Positions 1-8,929 of a stretch of DNA of 32,000 nt are shown piece after piece. The notes beneath the pieces were generated by a model that saw only the letters and a program-made list of their open reading frames with translations, ran no database searches and had not been told where the DNA came from. The DNA is from Promethearchaeota archaeon. Its GTDB lineage: Archaea > Asgardarchaeota > Odinarchaeia > Odinarchaeales > JBHLKK01. The stretch spans positions 5,608 through 37,607 of the forward strand of contig JBHLPL010000002.1 in the NCBI GenBank assembly GCA_048939465.1, written 5' to 3'. The translations under genes and the position numbers were made by a program. Every line of letters begins with the position of its first letter. Position 1 is the stretch's first letter.

Positions 1-23
1 GGAGTCATTATTCTTCAACAGTA

Positions 24-1208
24 TTAAACGGCTTTTAGCGCTTTTCCAATTCTTTCGAAAGCACCTAACGCGAAATCTAAGTCTTCTCTTGTAAGACCTG
101 CATTCATTATTGTTCTTATCCTCGCTTTATCACGCGCAACCATCGGGAAGACGATGGGGGTCCCAAGGATTCCCTCCTCTGAGAGCCTATCACTAAACTT
201 GTTGGTTACATCACTTTTCCCGAGAATTACTGGCGTAATGGGGGTTTCGCTGGTTCCGGTATCAAATCCAAGCCCTTTAAGTTCTTTCTTAAAATAGTTC
301 GTATTATCCCACAGTCTTTTTAGCCACTGTGGTTCAGTTTGAACGACCTCCAAGGCAGCAATGCAAGCTCCACAAAGAGCTGGCGGCAATCCTGTAGTAA
401 GAAGGAAGGTCCTTGATTTGTTCAAAGCAAAATTCCGGAGATCTTTGCTTCCCGCAATGTATCCTCCCATGGCTCCAAAGGCCTTGGAAAATGTACCCAT
501 CTCCACATCCACTTTTTCCTCCAAATGAAAATGATCAACGATTCCCTTTCCGTTTTCTCCCAGTACACCATCCCCATGGGCGTCGTCAACGTAGGTCATT
601 GCACCATGCTCTTTGGCGAGTTCTACAATCTCATCCAAGGGGGCAATATCCCCATCCATGCTGAATACGCCGTCTGTAATCACCAGTATCCGTCTGTAAT
701 TCTTCTTTTCAACCTCAGCAAGTACCTTGCTCAGGTCTTGTGCATCACAATGCTTGTACACTGTCCTATCCGCTCTGCTCAGGCGAACGCCGTCGATTAT
801 GCTTCCATGATTCAGCTCGTCACTAACAATAATATCTCCTTTCCCCATCAGTTGAGGTATTAGACCTGAGTTTACAGTAAAACCGCTCTGATAAACGAGC
901 GAAGCTTCAGTGCCTTTAAAATCCGCGAGCTTCTCCTCAAGTTCCTCATGTACCTCCATGTTTCCAATTATCGGACGTACTGCACCCGGACCAACTCCAT
1001 ATTCTTCAATTGCTCGTAGAGCACCTTCCTTAAGTCTTGGATGATTGCTGAGATTCAGGTAATTGTTTGAGCAAAGCATCAGCATTTTTCTGCCATCCAC
1101 CGCGGGATGTGGCAGACTGGGACCCTGAAGATTTTTCATTCTCCAGTCTAGGTTCTTCTCAACCAGCTCTCTGTACTCCTCTCCTAAGAAAGATGTAGAA
1201 TCTCTCAT
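24..1208 (-). CDS. kbl: Glycine C-acetyltransferase (2-amino-3-ketobutyrate CoA ligase) / AONS family PLP enzyme
   Basis: 394 aa; motifs CSNNYLNL, SDELNHGSIIDG, DGVFSMDGD, VDDAHG, GTFSKAFG (PLP Lys); next to tdh. Confidence 0.85.
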   Translation of the reverse strand: MRDSTSFLGEEYRELVEKNLDWRMKNLQGPSLPHPAVDGRKMLMLCSNNYLNLSNHPRLKEGALRAIEEYGVGPGAVRPIIGNMEVHEELEEKLADFKGTEASLVYQSGFTVNSGLIPQLMGKGDIIVSDELNHGSIIDGVRLSRADRTVYKHCDAQDLSKVLAEVEKKNYRRILVITDGVFSMDGDIAPLDEIVELAKEHGAMTYVDDAHGDGVLGENGKGIVDHFHLEEKVDVEMGTFSKAFGAMGGYIAGSKDLRNFALNKSRTFLLTTGLPPALCGACIAALEVVQTEPQWLKRLWDNTNYFKKELKGLGFDTGTSETPITPVILGKSDVTNKFSDRLSEEGILGTPIVFPMVARDKARIRTIMNAGLTREDLDFALGAFERIGKALKAV

Positions 1209-1271
1209 TCATGAATCCTCCCATTATTCTTCTAATAGACACAGACCAGACTCTAACAGTTCAGACTTTAT

Positions 1272-1621
1272 CTATCTTCCGCAAGAAGACTTTACCCGAG
1301 AGGGCGGAGATGAATCAGATGTGTTTAGATGATTTTTCGGTAATTAAGCTTTGGTTAGGACGGTCTCAAAGAAGAGGAAGCCTGCCTAACGGCATGGGCG
1401 TAAAACTCGGTCTGGAAGAGCAGGTCTTGCGAGTATAGCCTGCTTGACAGGGCTGCCAGGCGTCTGTGGCATAGCATGGAGTTAACCAGCCCGAGGCCTG
1501 ACCTCCTGTGTATCCGTCAATTCGGAGCACGGAAACCTCCCCTCTTTGAGGCCGAAGTGTCCTCAGACGCGTAAGACAGAGAGAGGGAGGAAGCTCCTTG
1601 GGAAAGCTAGGGGGAGTTCAC
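1272..1621 (+). mobile_element. 350-bp non-autonomous IS200/IS605-like mini-element (copy C1): left-end hairpin, reRNA-like body, right end
   Basis: Preceded by TTTAT (1267-1271); degenerate left-end hairpin CTTTACCC-GAGA-GGGCGGAG (1290-1309); ends GAGGGAGGAAGCTCCTTGGGAAAGCTAGGGGGAGTTCAC, nearly identical to the end of the tnpB remnant at 31174; collinear with 2825-3175 (-). Confidence 0.75.
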
Positions 1622-1682
1622 AAATAGATTAGCCAGGCTATTGCCTCTAGGTCCTACGAATCATAAAAAAAGAGTGAGTAGC

Positions 1683-2780
1683 CTATTCCCATTTTATCTC
1701 TAAGCCCACTTTCCCTGCCTGCTTGGAAGTGAGCAGTTCCATGCCCTTATCAACATCCCTTATTGGTATTCTATGAGTGAATACCTGAGCTATCTTCTCA
1801 CGGAAGTTTGGAATCCTTAGCAATCCCTTTACCTGAAACCATGTTTCGAACATCAGTCTTCCAGTTATCCCATATATCTTTGCTGCTTTGAAAACCACCA
1901 GATTAGTAAAATCCAACTCAAAGGGACGATGATAGATCCCCAGTACGGAAGCTCTTCCCCCAGGAGTAAGTACTTCTAATCCCTGCCTCAAAGCGGAAGC
2001 TGCGCCCGACATTTCCAAGACAACATCGACTCCAACACCATCCGTTGCGTCCGTAATTACCTTGACAAGCTTGTCTCCTTCCTCCTTTGCGCTTAGAACC
2101 ATATCTGCCCCCATTTTTCTTGCCAGATCCAGCCTTATCCTATTGCTCCCACCTCCAACAGCAATGACTTGTTGGGCACCAAACGCCTTTGCAGCGGTTA
2201 TGGCCATAAGCCCAGTCGGACCAGTGCCAAAAATAGCAATATTCTTTCCAGCAATGTCCTCTACATTGCCTTTCGGAAGGAGCGTATGAACGGAATTTCC
2301 CAAGGGCTCTTGAACAGACATTAGAAATGGGTCTAATTTAGGATCATTTTTCCAAGCATTCCACTCTGGAAGAGAAAAATATTCCGCAAACACACCGTCT
2401 ATGTCAACACCAAGTATCTTCATATTTTGACAAACGTGCATCCGACCAGTCCTGCACTGATAATCCATGAAATCGACTATATGCGTTTCGGCCGATATTA
2501 GATCGCCAACCTGAAGGGATGTAACCTCCTTGCCAACTTCTACGACTTCAGCTGCGACCTCATGGCCAGGAATAAAAGGTATTCTTTTTATTCTCTGCTG
2601 TGCCCAATCATCCCATTCCCAGATATGAACATCGGTTCCGCAGATCGAAGAGGCTACTACTTTAGCGAGTACATCTCGTGATCCAATTCTTGGCATCCGC
2701 ACGTTATTGACGAGTTTAGCTCCGGGCCCTCTTTCTTTCTTCATCCAAGCATACATGGACTTACTCTCCCTAAAGCTCAT
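1683..2780 (-). CDS. tdh: L-threonine 3-dehydrogenase-like Zn-dependent MDR dehydrogenase
   Basis: 365 aa; ICGTDVH, GHE, AETHIV..YQCRTG..HVCQN, GTGPTG, GITGRLMFETW; upstream of kbl on the same strand. Confidence 0.85.
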   Translation of the reverse strand: MSFRESKSMYAWMKKERGPGAKLVNNVRMPRIGSRDVLAKVVASSICGTDVHIWEWDDWAQQRIKRIPFIPGHEVAAEVVEVGKEVTSLQVGDLISAETHIVDFMDYQCRTGRMHVCQNMKILGVDIDGVFAEYFSLPEWNAWKNDPKLDPFLMSVQEPLGNSVHTLLPKGNVEDIAGKNIAIFGTGPTGLMAITAAKAFGAQQVIAVGGGSNRIRLDLARKMGADMVLSAKEEGDKLVKVITDATDGVGVDVVLEMSGAASALRQGLEVLTPGGRASVLGIYHRPFELDFTNLVVFKAAKIYGITGRLMFETWFQVKGLLRIPNFREKIAQVFTHRIPIRDVDKGMELLTSKQAGKVGLEIKWE

Positions 2781-2824
2781 ATAAATGAACCAACAGAATG
2801 CAAACGATTCAATAACAGACAGAT

Positions 2825-3175
2825 GCAGACTAATCCCCGCTTTCGATGCAGGCTTCCTCTCTCTTTACCTCATCCGTCTGATGACACTTCGGCTTCTCAG
2901 AGGGGGTGTTCCTGTGCTTCGAATCTATGGCTGTCAAGGAGGGGGTCTCGGCGTTGGTTTACTCAAAACTGTGTCACCAGCAAGCGCAGCTTCGTATCAC
3001 GGTAGAGACCGGCAGGGTCCCCACTCTCTCGGACTGGGGGTTGTGCCCACTTCTTTGGGCAGCCTTCCTCCCTCCCGGGGAACAGTTCGCCAACCAATTA
3101 TGGCACAGTAGTATTATTTAAGATCAATGTAATTCATCTCGATCTGACAATATCTGATCTTCCTGTGGAAGAAAG
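2825..3175 (-). mobile_element. 351-bp IS200/IS605-like mini-element (copy C2), inverted homolog of C1
   Basis: 5' end CTTTCTTCCACAGGAAGA vs C1 CTATCTTCCGCAAGAAGA; internal GCCGAAGTGTCATCAGACG (2875-2893) vs C1 GCCGAAGTGTCCTCAGACG (1551-1569); collinear blocks throughout; right end more degenerate. Confidence 0.7.
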
Positions 3176-3208
3176 GAAAGACTTGGAGAGGTTGATTAGG
3201 GGGTCAAG

Positions 3209-3949
3209 ATGTTATTTACAGACATAGAAGGGAAAAGAATCCCTCTAGTATCAATAGGAACATCCCCATTCTTTGGGGCAGGGCAATTTGGCATAAAGGC
3301 GCTTTTTTGGAGACAGAAGTTCCTGCATAATCCGGAGGAAATGGCAAACCTAATGATGGATGCATATGATGCAGGAAGCAGAGGTGCACACATAATACCG
3401 CTGGGGAAGATTCCAGCGGCTGCAGGAATTGTAAAAGATCAATACTCTGAGTTCGTCGTGATCGGGAGCACTCCGCCTAATAATATCATGAAAGGAATCG
3501 AAATTCTTGAAAAGATGGATGCAAGGATCATCTTTGTACATGGGCAGATTGCGGACTTGAGAAGCAAGAATAAGCTTTCCGGTTTGCTAAGCGAGATCAG
3601 AAATGCTGGAGCCGTACCTGGGATAGCCACACATGAGCCCATAGAGACGATATCATTCATCGAGAACCAAGGACTGGATTGTCCAGCAATTCTGGTTCCC
3701 TTTAACAGCAAAGGTTACGCGATGCAAAACAAACCTCGACTTGAGAGAATGATCAATAGCTCTACCAGGTTTTTCATAGGGATGAAGGTACTCGCTGCAG
3801 GAAAAATAAGACCAAAAGCAGCATTCGAATATGTTGGAAAACACGGTAATATCTCTGCCGTGACAATAGGAATAACTACAAGTCAAGAAGCAAAAGAAAG
3901 CGTGCATTTCGCCTTGAAGTGTCTGAATTCAGGATCAAGGTTAAGGTAA
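3209..3949 (+). CDS. Conserved hypothetical protein, probable TIM-barrel / aldo-keto-reductase-like fold
   Basis: 246 aa clean ORF with SD-like GGGGG; alternating beta/alpha pattern; GMKVLAAGKIRP resembles the AKR-like C-terminal motif. Confidence 0.5.
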   Translation: MLFTDIEGKRIPLVSIGTSPFFGAGQFGIKALFWRQKFLHNPEEMANLMMDAYDAGSRGAHIIPLGKIPAAAGIVKDQYSEFVVIGSTPPNNIMKGIEILEKMDARIIFVHGQIADLRSKNKLSGLLSEIRNAGAVPGIATHEPIETISFIENQGLDCPAILVPFNSKGYAMQNKPRLERMINSSTRFFIGMKVLAAGKIRPKAAFEYVGKHGNISAVTIGITTSQEAKESVHFALKCLNSGSRLR

Positions 3950-3979
3950 TTCTGTTGCATTAAGAGTGCAACACAAAAT

Positions 3980-3994
3980 GAAAAGCTTAAAATA
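3980..3994 (+). promoter_or_regulatory. Putative BRE/TATA promoter of the rpoD operon
   Basis: GAAAAGC-TTAAAATA about 57 nt upstream of the rpoD TTG. Confidence 0.5.
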
Positions 3995-4050
3995 TGCTTC
4001 TTGCTTCTCCTTTATCCTATCACTAAAACGATGACTGTCGGTGTACAGAA

Positions 4051-4863
4051 TTGAAGATACGGATTCTTGAAAAAGACGATCAACACATCCAGTTTTACGT
4101 AGAAGGTATTGATCCAGCTTTCGCCAACTCTTTAAGGCGAATTATGATATCCGAAGTGCCGTCTATGACAATAGACGAGGTAATGATAGTCGAGAATACG
4201 TCTGCCCTGTTTGATGAAGTACTGTCGCACAGACTAGGATTAATCCCCATTGTAACCGATTTAGAGTCGTACGTACTTCCGAGTGAATGCGCATGCAACG
4301 GGTCTGGCTGTCCTCAATGCCAGGTCATACTGACCCTAAACAAAGAAGCAACAGAAGGCGGAATGACTGTCTACTCAGGAGACTTAGAATCGCAAGATCC
4401 TAAAGCGATTCCTGCAAGCGATAAGATACCAATAATCAGGCTGGCAAAAGGGCAACGACTGGTACTTGAAGCATATGCAAGGTTAGGAACCGGTCGAGAA
4501 CATGCCAAATATCAGCCAGTATCTGGCTGTTCTTACAGGTATAAGCCGATAATTGACATAGAACTGGACAAGTGTGAGGCATGTGAAGAGTGTGTCAAGT
4601 CATGCCCGAAGAATATTCTTCGTCAAGAGAATGGAACTCTCGTGTTGCACGATGCTTTAAGCTGTACTCTGTGCAAGTCATGTGTAGAATCCTGCGAATT
4701 CGATGCAATTCATATATCGTGGGATGAATCTACATTCATATTCAATGTCGAATCTACAGGAGTCTTACCACCGAGCAAGGTTGTTAAGAAATCAACCGAA
4801 ATATTGGAGAAAAAAGCAAGAGAATTCATAGAACTCGTGGGCGTAGCCAAGACGGAGAGGTGA
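4051..4863 (+). CDS. rpoD: DNA-directed RNA polymerase subunit D (Rpo3) with ferredoxin-like Fe-S insertion
   Basis: FANSLRRIMISEVP, HRLGLIP, GTGREHAKYQP, CxxCxxCxxxC twice; TTG start. Confidence 0.97.
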   Translation: MKIRILEKDDQHIQFYVEGIDPAFANSLRRIMISEVPSMTIDEVMIVENTSALFDEVLSHRLGLIPIVTDLESYVLPSECACNGSGCPQCQVILTLNKEATEGGMTVYSGDLESQDPKAIPASDKIPIIRLAKGQRLVLEAYARLGTGREHAKYQPVSGCSYRYKPIIDIELDKCEACEECVKSCPKNILRQENGTLVLHDALSCTLCKSCVESCEFDAIHISWDESTFIFNVESTGVLPPSKVVKKSTEILEKKAREFIELVGVAKTER

Positions 4864-4867
4864 GCAT

Positions 4868-5221
4868 ATGCCAAAACCTACAGGACCTACAGATCCAAAT
4901 CTGACGCATTTAATCATGAATCTGCGAAAAACCAAGAAAAGAATATGGCGGACAATAGCTGAACAGCTCCGAAAACCAAGAAGAACCAGAACAGCAGTCA
5001 ATCTGTCAAAAATCAATCGTCATACTGAGGAAGGCAATGTAGTCGTTATCCCAGGAAAGGTTTTGGGATCAGGCTTACTGAATCATAAGGTCTCCATCGC
5101 CGCACTGGTTTTCACAAAGCAGGCCAGAGAGAGAATAAAGGCCGCTGGGGGCGAATCTATTACCATAGAAGAACTAGTAAGTAGAAATCCAAATGGCTCC
5201 AGTGTTTTGATAGTGAAGTAA
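4868..5221 (+). CDS. rpl18e: 50S ribosomal protein L18e (eL18)
   Basis: PTDPNL, VNLSKINR, VVIPGKVLGSG. Confidence 0.96.
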   Translation: MPKPTGPTDPNLTHLIMNLRKTKKRIWRTIAEQLRKPRRTRTAVNLSKINRHTEEGNVVVIPGKVLGSGLLNHKVSIAALVFTKQARERIKAAGGESITIEELVSRNPNGSSVLIVK

Positions 5222-5234
5222 TGGAGGAGGACGA

Positions 5235-5681
5235 ATGGAAGGGCCCAAGATAATTGACGCTTCTGATTTGGTTCTAGGAAGACTAGCGAGCGTTGTTGCA
5301 AAACGCTTACTTGCAGGCGAGAGCATCGTGATAGTTAACGCGGAAAAGGCAGTGATAACAGGCAAAAAGACAAGCATTTTGGAGAGATACAGACAGAGAT
5401 TTGGAATTAGAACTCTTACTGCGCCTTGGAGGGGACCGCTTCATTATCGAAGGCCAGACAGATTTGTGAAAAGGACTATTAGGGGTATGCTTCCCTATAA
5501 AACCCCACGAGGAAGAAAGGCCTATAAACGTCTTCTGGTACACATAGGCATTCCAGATGGAGTTGAGGACAAAATGAAAGAAACGCTCCCTCAGGCATCT
5601 ATAGGGCGAACTAAGGGTAGGGGTATACGAGTTTACGAGTTGACCAGGGAATTAGGTTGGATTCCATCCGTGGAGGGGTAA
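5235..5681 (+). CDS. rpl13: 50S ribosomal protein L13 (uL13)
   Basis: [36 protein letters not shown]. Confidence 0.97.
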   Translation: MEGPKIIDASDLVLGRLASVVAKRLLAGESIVIVNAEKAVITGKKTSILERYRQRFGIRTLTAPWRGPLHYRRPDRFVKRTIRGMLPYKTPRGRKAYKRLLVHIGIPDGVEDKMKETLPQASIGRTKGRGIRVYELTRELGWIPSVEG

Positions 5682-5685
5682 GAAA

Positions 5686-6090
5686 ATGACAAAAGTTCTT
5701 TTGGTTAGTGGAAAGCGGAAGACCGCGATTGCAAGAGCTACAATTCGCAAGGGCAAAGGAATGGTGCGAATAAACAATGTCCCGCTTCAGATCTATGGCT
5801 CTGAACTTGCTAGATCGAAGATTATGGAACCGCTGCTGATAGCAGGAGACGACATAACCAAGAAGATTGATATTCATGTAAGAGTCCACGGTGGAGGCTA
5901 TATGGGTCGGGCAGATGCTGTAAGAACCGCGATTGCGCGAGGACTGGAAAGCTGGTCAAAGGATGTCAAACTGAGAGAGAATTTCATTCGGTATGACAGA
6001 ACAATGCTTGTAGGCGATTCTCGAAGAACAGAACCAAAGAAATTTGGAGGACACAGCGCAAGAGCTAGAAAGCAGAAATCATATAGGTGA
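5686..6090 (+). CDS. rps9: 30S ribosomal protein S9 (uS9)
   Basis: [39 protein letters not shown]. Confidence 0.97.
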   Translation: MTKVLLVSGKRKTAIARATIRKGKGMVRINNVPLQIYGSELARSKIMEPLLIAGDDITKKIDIHVRVHGGGYMGRADAVRTAIARGLESWSKDVKLRENFIRYDRTMLVGDSRRTEPKKFGGHSARARKQKSYR

Positions 6091-6255
6091 ACTGTCCTTA
6101 GCTTCCGCAAGGGATTTGCTCCCTCGCTCCTTGAAATGCCAACAGGTCTTCTTTCGGAGCGATGAACACTCTGTGACTGTGGTACAGCTGCGCTTTCGAT
6201 CACGCAACCTAAGAGCCTGTTACGCATATTAACTTCCTAGCTCCCAAGGTCATAG
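6087..6255 (-). mobile_element. Degenerate tnpB 3' tail plus right end (copy C4)
   Basis: Minus strand reads VNMRNRLLG (cf. INIGRRLLG at 31360) and ends GAGGGAGCAAATCCCTTGCGGAAGCTAAGGACAGTTCAC; terminal TTCAC overlaps the rps9 TGA. Confidence 0.7.
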
Positions 6256-6608
6256 ATCTTAACCTCAAAGACGAAGGGGATATTCAAACGCAATGGAATC
6301 CATCCCAACGCCTATGCCGAGGTCTTCTTGAGAAGGGCAGACGAAGCATGAATTGACGATTTCTTTTCACTTAGTTTTGGTTGGAGGTAAACTCCATTTC
6401 TTGGGGCTACTCCAGAATTGGTAATTTTCCCCTTCAAATCGCTAGGATCCTTTTTGCCTTACTTTGCGTTCAAACAGGGGCGACAAAAAGAGAAGCCTCG
6501 AAATTGAGACCGACAAAAAAGGCGCCTTAAATAAGCAATCTCTTAGGAGAATAGAAAAGCCGTACAATCATTTATTAGGATTCTTGAGGGGTCATAAATT
6601 AGTGGAGG

Positions 6609-6857
6609 ATGAAAGCATTGAAAGTTATTAGCATAAACATTCCAGAGAAATATATCTATGAGCTAGAGGAACTAGTAAGGCAGGAATTCTACTTGAGTAG
6701 AAGTGAAGCTATTAGAGCTGCAGTTAGAGATCTCCTCAAACGTGAACTCTGGATGGCCGGACAAGCGATCTTGGCAACTGCGCCAGCCCCGATTGAACGT
6801 GAGCAGACAACATCCGGCGAACAATTAATTGACGGAAAAGTTATCCTTAAAACCTAA
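6609..6857 (+). CDS. Ribbon-helix-helix (CopG/Arc/NikR-like) DNA-binding protein
   Basis: VISINIPEKYIYELEELV..YLSRSEAIRAAVRDLL; SD GGAGG. Confidence 0.85.
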   Translation: MKALKVISINIPEKYIYELEELVRQEFYLSRSEAIRAAVRDLLKRELWMAGQAILATAPAPIEREQTTSGEQLIDGKVILKT

Positions 6858-6902
6858 CGAATCGCGTTTGCCGAGTGATTCCTTTTTGATTTGTCAAGAA
6901 AA

Positions 6903-6917
6903 GAAAAATCTTTAAAA
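6903..6917 (+). promoter_or_regulatory. Putative BRE/TATA promoter of rpoN
   Basis: GAAAAATC-TTTAAAA about 50 nt upstream of the start. Confidence 0.45.
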
Positions 6918-6971
6918 GGCAGATTTGTTCATCTCCATTGACATGTTCTAATATAATGGAGAATGATTTAC

Positions 6972-7184
6972 ATGATAATCCCTGTACGTTGTTTCACCTG
7001 CGGAAAAGTCATTGGTGATAAATGGGAGGAATTCAAGAAAAGGGTAATAAAGCAAAATGAAAGACCCGACCGAGTTTTAAATGATCTGGGAATTAAACGT
7101 TACTGCTGCAGAAGAATGTTTATTTCTCACGTGACCGTGGACAAGGAAGCAAGAGAGCTGATAGATGAAATACTGAAATTTTAA
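6972..7184 (+). CDS. rpoN: DNA-directed RNA polymerase subunit N (Rpo10)
   Basis: [20 protein letters not shown]; ATG 6972 chosen over 6963 by SD spacing. Confidence 0.96.
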   Translation: MIIPVRCFTCGKVIGDKWEEFKKRVIKQNERPDRVLNDLGIKRYCCRRMFISHVTVDKEARELIDEILKF

Positions 7185-7230
7185 ATACTTGTTTTACAAG
7201 CTTTCTTGAGTAGCCTGGAGGTGAAAGCTA

Positions 7231-7866
7231 ATTTCAGAAACCACTCCAGAGAAAACTGAGGAAGAAGATCTTCTAGTACCCTTGGACAAGTATCTTGCCA
7301 ACGGCATTCATATCGGGACTCAAGTCAAAACAAAATCTATGAGACCATTTATTTATCGGGTCCGTCCAGATGGTCTCTATGTGCTTGACGTCAAGAAGAC
7401 TGATGAGAGAATAAGAATAGCGGCCAAATTTCTGGCCAGATATAAACCGGAAGAGATCATAGTAATATCTGCAAGGCAGTATGGCCAGAAACCAGCCGAG
7501 AAATTTTGTGAATTAACTCGGGCAACGCCCATGATTGGACGATTTATACCGGGATCACTGACTAATCCTACCTCAAAGAACTACTTAGAGCCAGGCATCA
7601 TCATGGTAACGGATCCTAGAGCAGATAATCAAGCCGTAAAGGAGGCTGTCAAAACTAGATTGCCGGTCGTCGCCCTGTGTGATACCGATAGCAGCGCGAC
7701 AAACGTCGATTTGGTTATTCCAACAAATAATAAAGGACGTAAGGCGCTCTCGGCAGTTTACTGGATTTTGGCTAGGCAACTTCTGCGGGAACGCGGAGAA
7801 ATTCCGCCTGACGCCGAGTTATCCGCTTCGATTGAGGATTTTCAGGCCCATCTAAGAAGGGCGTAG
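7231..7866 (+). CDS. rps2: 30S ribosomal protein S2 (uS2); probable ATT start
   Basis: LLVPLDKYLANGIHIGTQ, GRFIPGSLTNP, DLVIPTNNKGRKAL; conserved N-terminus lies upstream of TTG 7282; GGAGGTG is 7 nt before ATT 7231. Confidence 0.95.
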   Translation: MSETTPEKTEEEDLLVPLDKYLANGIHIGTQVKTKSMRPFIYRVRPDGLYVLDVKKTDERIRIAAKFLARYKPEEIIVISARQYGQKPAEKFCELTRATPMIGRFIPGSLTNPTSKNYLEPGIIMVTDPRADNQAVKEAVKTRLPVVALCDTDSSATNVDLVIPTNNKGRKALSAVYWILARQLLRERGEIPPDAELSASIEDFQAHLRRA

Positions 7867-7951
7867 GTTTTGGACTCCTGTCCTGACACCTAATAAAAAG
7901 GTTATTAAATCTCTTGATAGATATCCTTCTCCACCGTGAAGTGGGTGTAGA

Positions 7952-8929
7952 ATGTCAAAGATCACTTTTTCGGCCCCAGGTAAGTGCATACTAACGGGAG
8001 AACACAGCGTTGTTTACGGCACGCCCGCTATAGTCACAGCCCTTGATATACGGGCGTATTCAGCAGCAGAACCAACAAATGACGATCAGATCACCATAAC
8101 AGGATCAAATCTCGGAATTACCGGCATCTTTCCTAATTCTCTTGAGGCTACACCAGAAGTCGATTCTAAGACATTATCGGTGCTTAAACCGATTTGGACA
8201 GCTTGCTGCAAGACACTTGAGAAAAAGAACAAGAAAGTTGGACTAAAGGTTGAGGTAAATTCTGAAATACCTCTTAGTGTTGGGCTCGGGTCTTCCGCAG
8301 CCATTGCTGTCTCATCAGTAGCCGCCGTCGCCCATGCTTCAGGCATTTCGCTTACGAAAGAAGAGATATCAAGCATTGCTTTTGAGGCAGAGAAAGTAGT
8401 GCATGGAACGCCTTCTGGAGTGGACAACTCTGTTGCAACCTTTGGGGGAGTCATGATGTACGAACAAGGAGAAATTGAGTACCTAGACGTTAAGAGTCCA
8501 ATACCACTAGTGATCGGAAACACGTTAAAGGAGAGAAACACCGGAGAGTGGGTAGAAAAAGTCCGACATCGTCACGACAGACACCCCACAGTGATCGATA
8601 GTGTGATAAAGGCAATAGCCGACCTAACTAGAAAGGCAAAGATTGCAATTATAAACGGCGATTTAAGAACTCTTGGAGAATTAATGGATATTAACCAAGG
8701 ACTGCTATATTCTTTAGGGGTTTCAACAGATGACCTAGACCGGTTAATTTATGTAGCACGTAAGGCAGGAGCGCATGGGGCGAAGCTTACGGGAGCCGGC
8801 GGGGGAGGATGTATAGTCGCACTCTCTTCTCATAAGAATCAGCATGCAATTGCTGCAGCTATAGGAAAGGCAGAAGGCGAGCCCATCATAACAAAATTCT
8901 CACAACAGGGAGTTAGAATTGAGAAATAG
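7952..8929 (+). CDS. mvk: Mevalonate kinase
   Basis: APGKCILTGEHSVVYG, PLSVGLGSSAA, HGTPSGVDN, GAKLTGAGGGG. Confidence 0.95.
   Translation: MSKITFSAPGKCILTGEHSVVYGTPAIVTALDIRAYSAAEPTNDDQITITGSNLGITGIFPNSLEATPEVDSKTLSVLKPIWTACCKTLEKKNKKVGLKVEVNSEIPLSVGLGSSAAIAVSSVAAVAHASGISLTKEEISSIAFEAEKVVHGTPSGVDNSVATFGGVMMYEQGEIEYLDVKSPIPLVIGNTLKERNTGEWVEKVRHRHDRHPTVIDSVIKAIADLTRKAKIAIINGDLRTLGELMDINQGLLYSLGVSTDDLDRLIYVARKAGAHGAKLTGAGGGGCIVALSSHKNQHAIAAAIGKAEGEPIITKFSQQGVRIEK

Noticed and set aside
1211-1438. ORF-track entries 1211-1438, 2785-3111, 2823-3005, 2906-3121, 5898-6227, 6044-6232, 18476-18823, 18582-18830, 18869-19099, 27072-27260
   Set aside because: They overlap mobile remnants or are antisense to real genes or repeats; no recognisable protein apart from the tnpB-tail residues in 5898-6227
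2825-3110. Riboswitch or leader for tdh/kbl
   Set aside because: Homolog C1 is antisense to the same genes and shares the tnpB right end; a mobile origin explains both better, though secondary regulatory use is not excluded
7134-7154. In-frame BHB intron in rpoN
   Set aside because: No register tested gave a 4-bp central helix with correctly placed bulges
6090-7230. tRNA genes often found near rps9/rpoN
   Set aside because: No cloverleaf or T-arm (GTTCRAATC-like) signature found by eye on either strand; tRNAscan-SE would settle it
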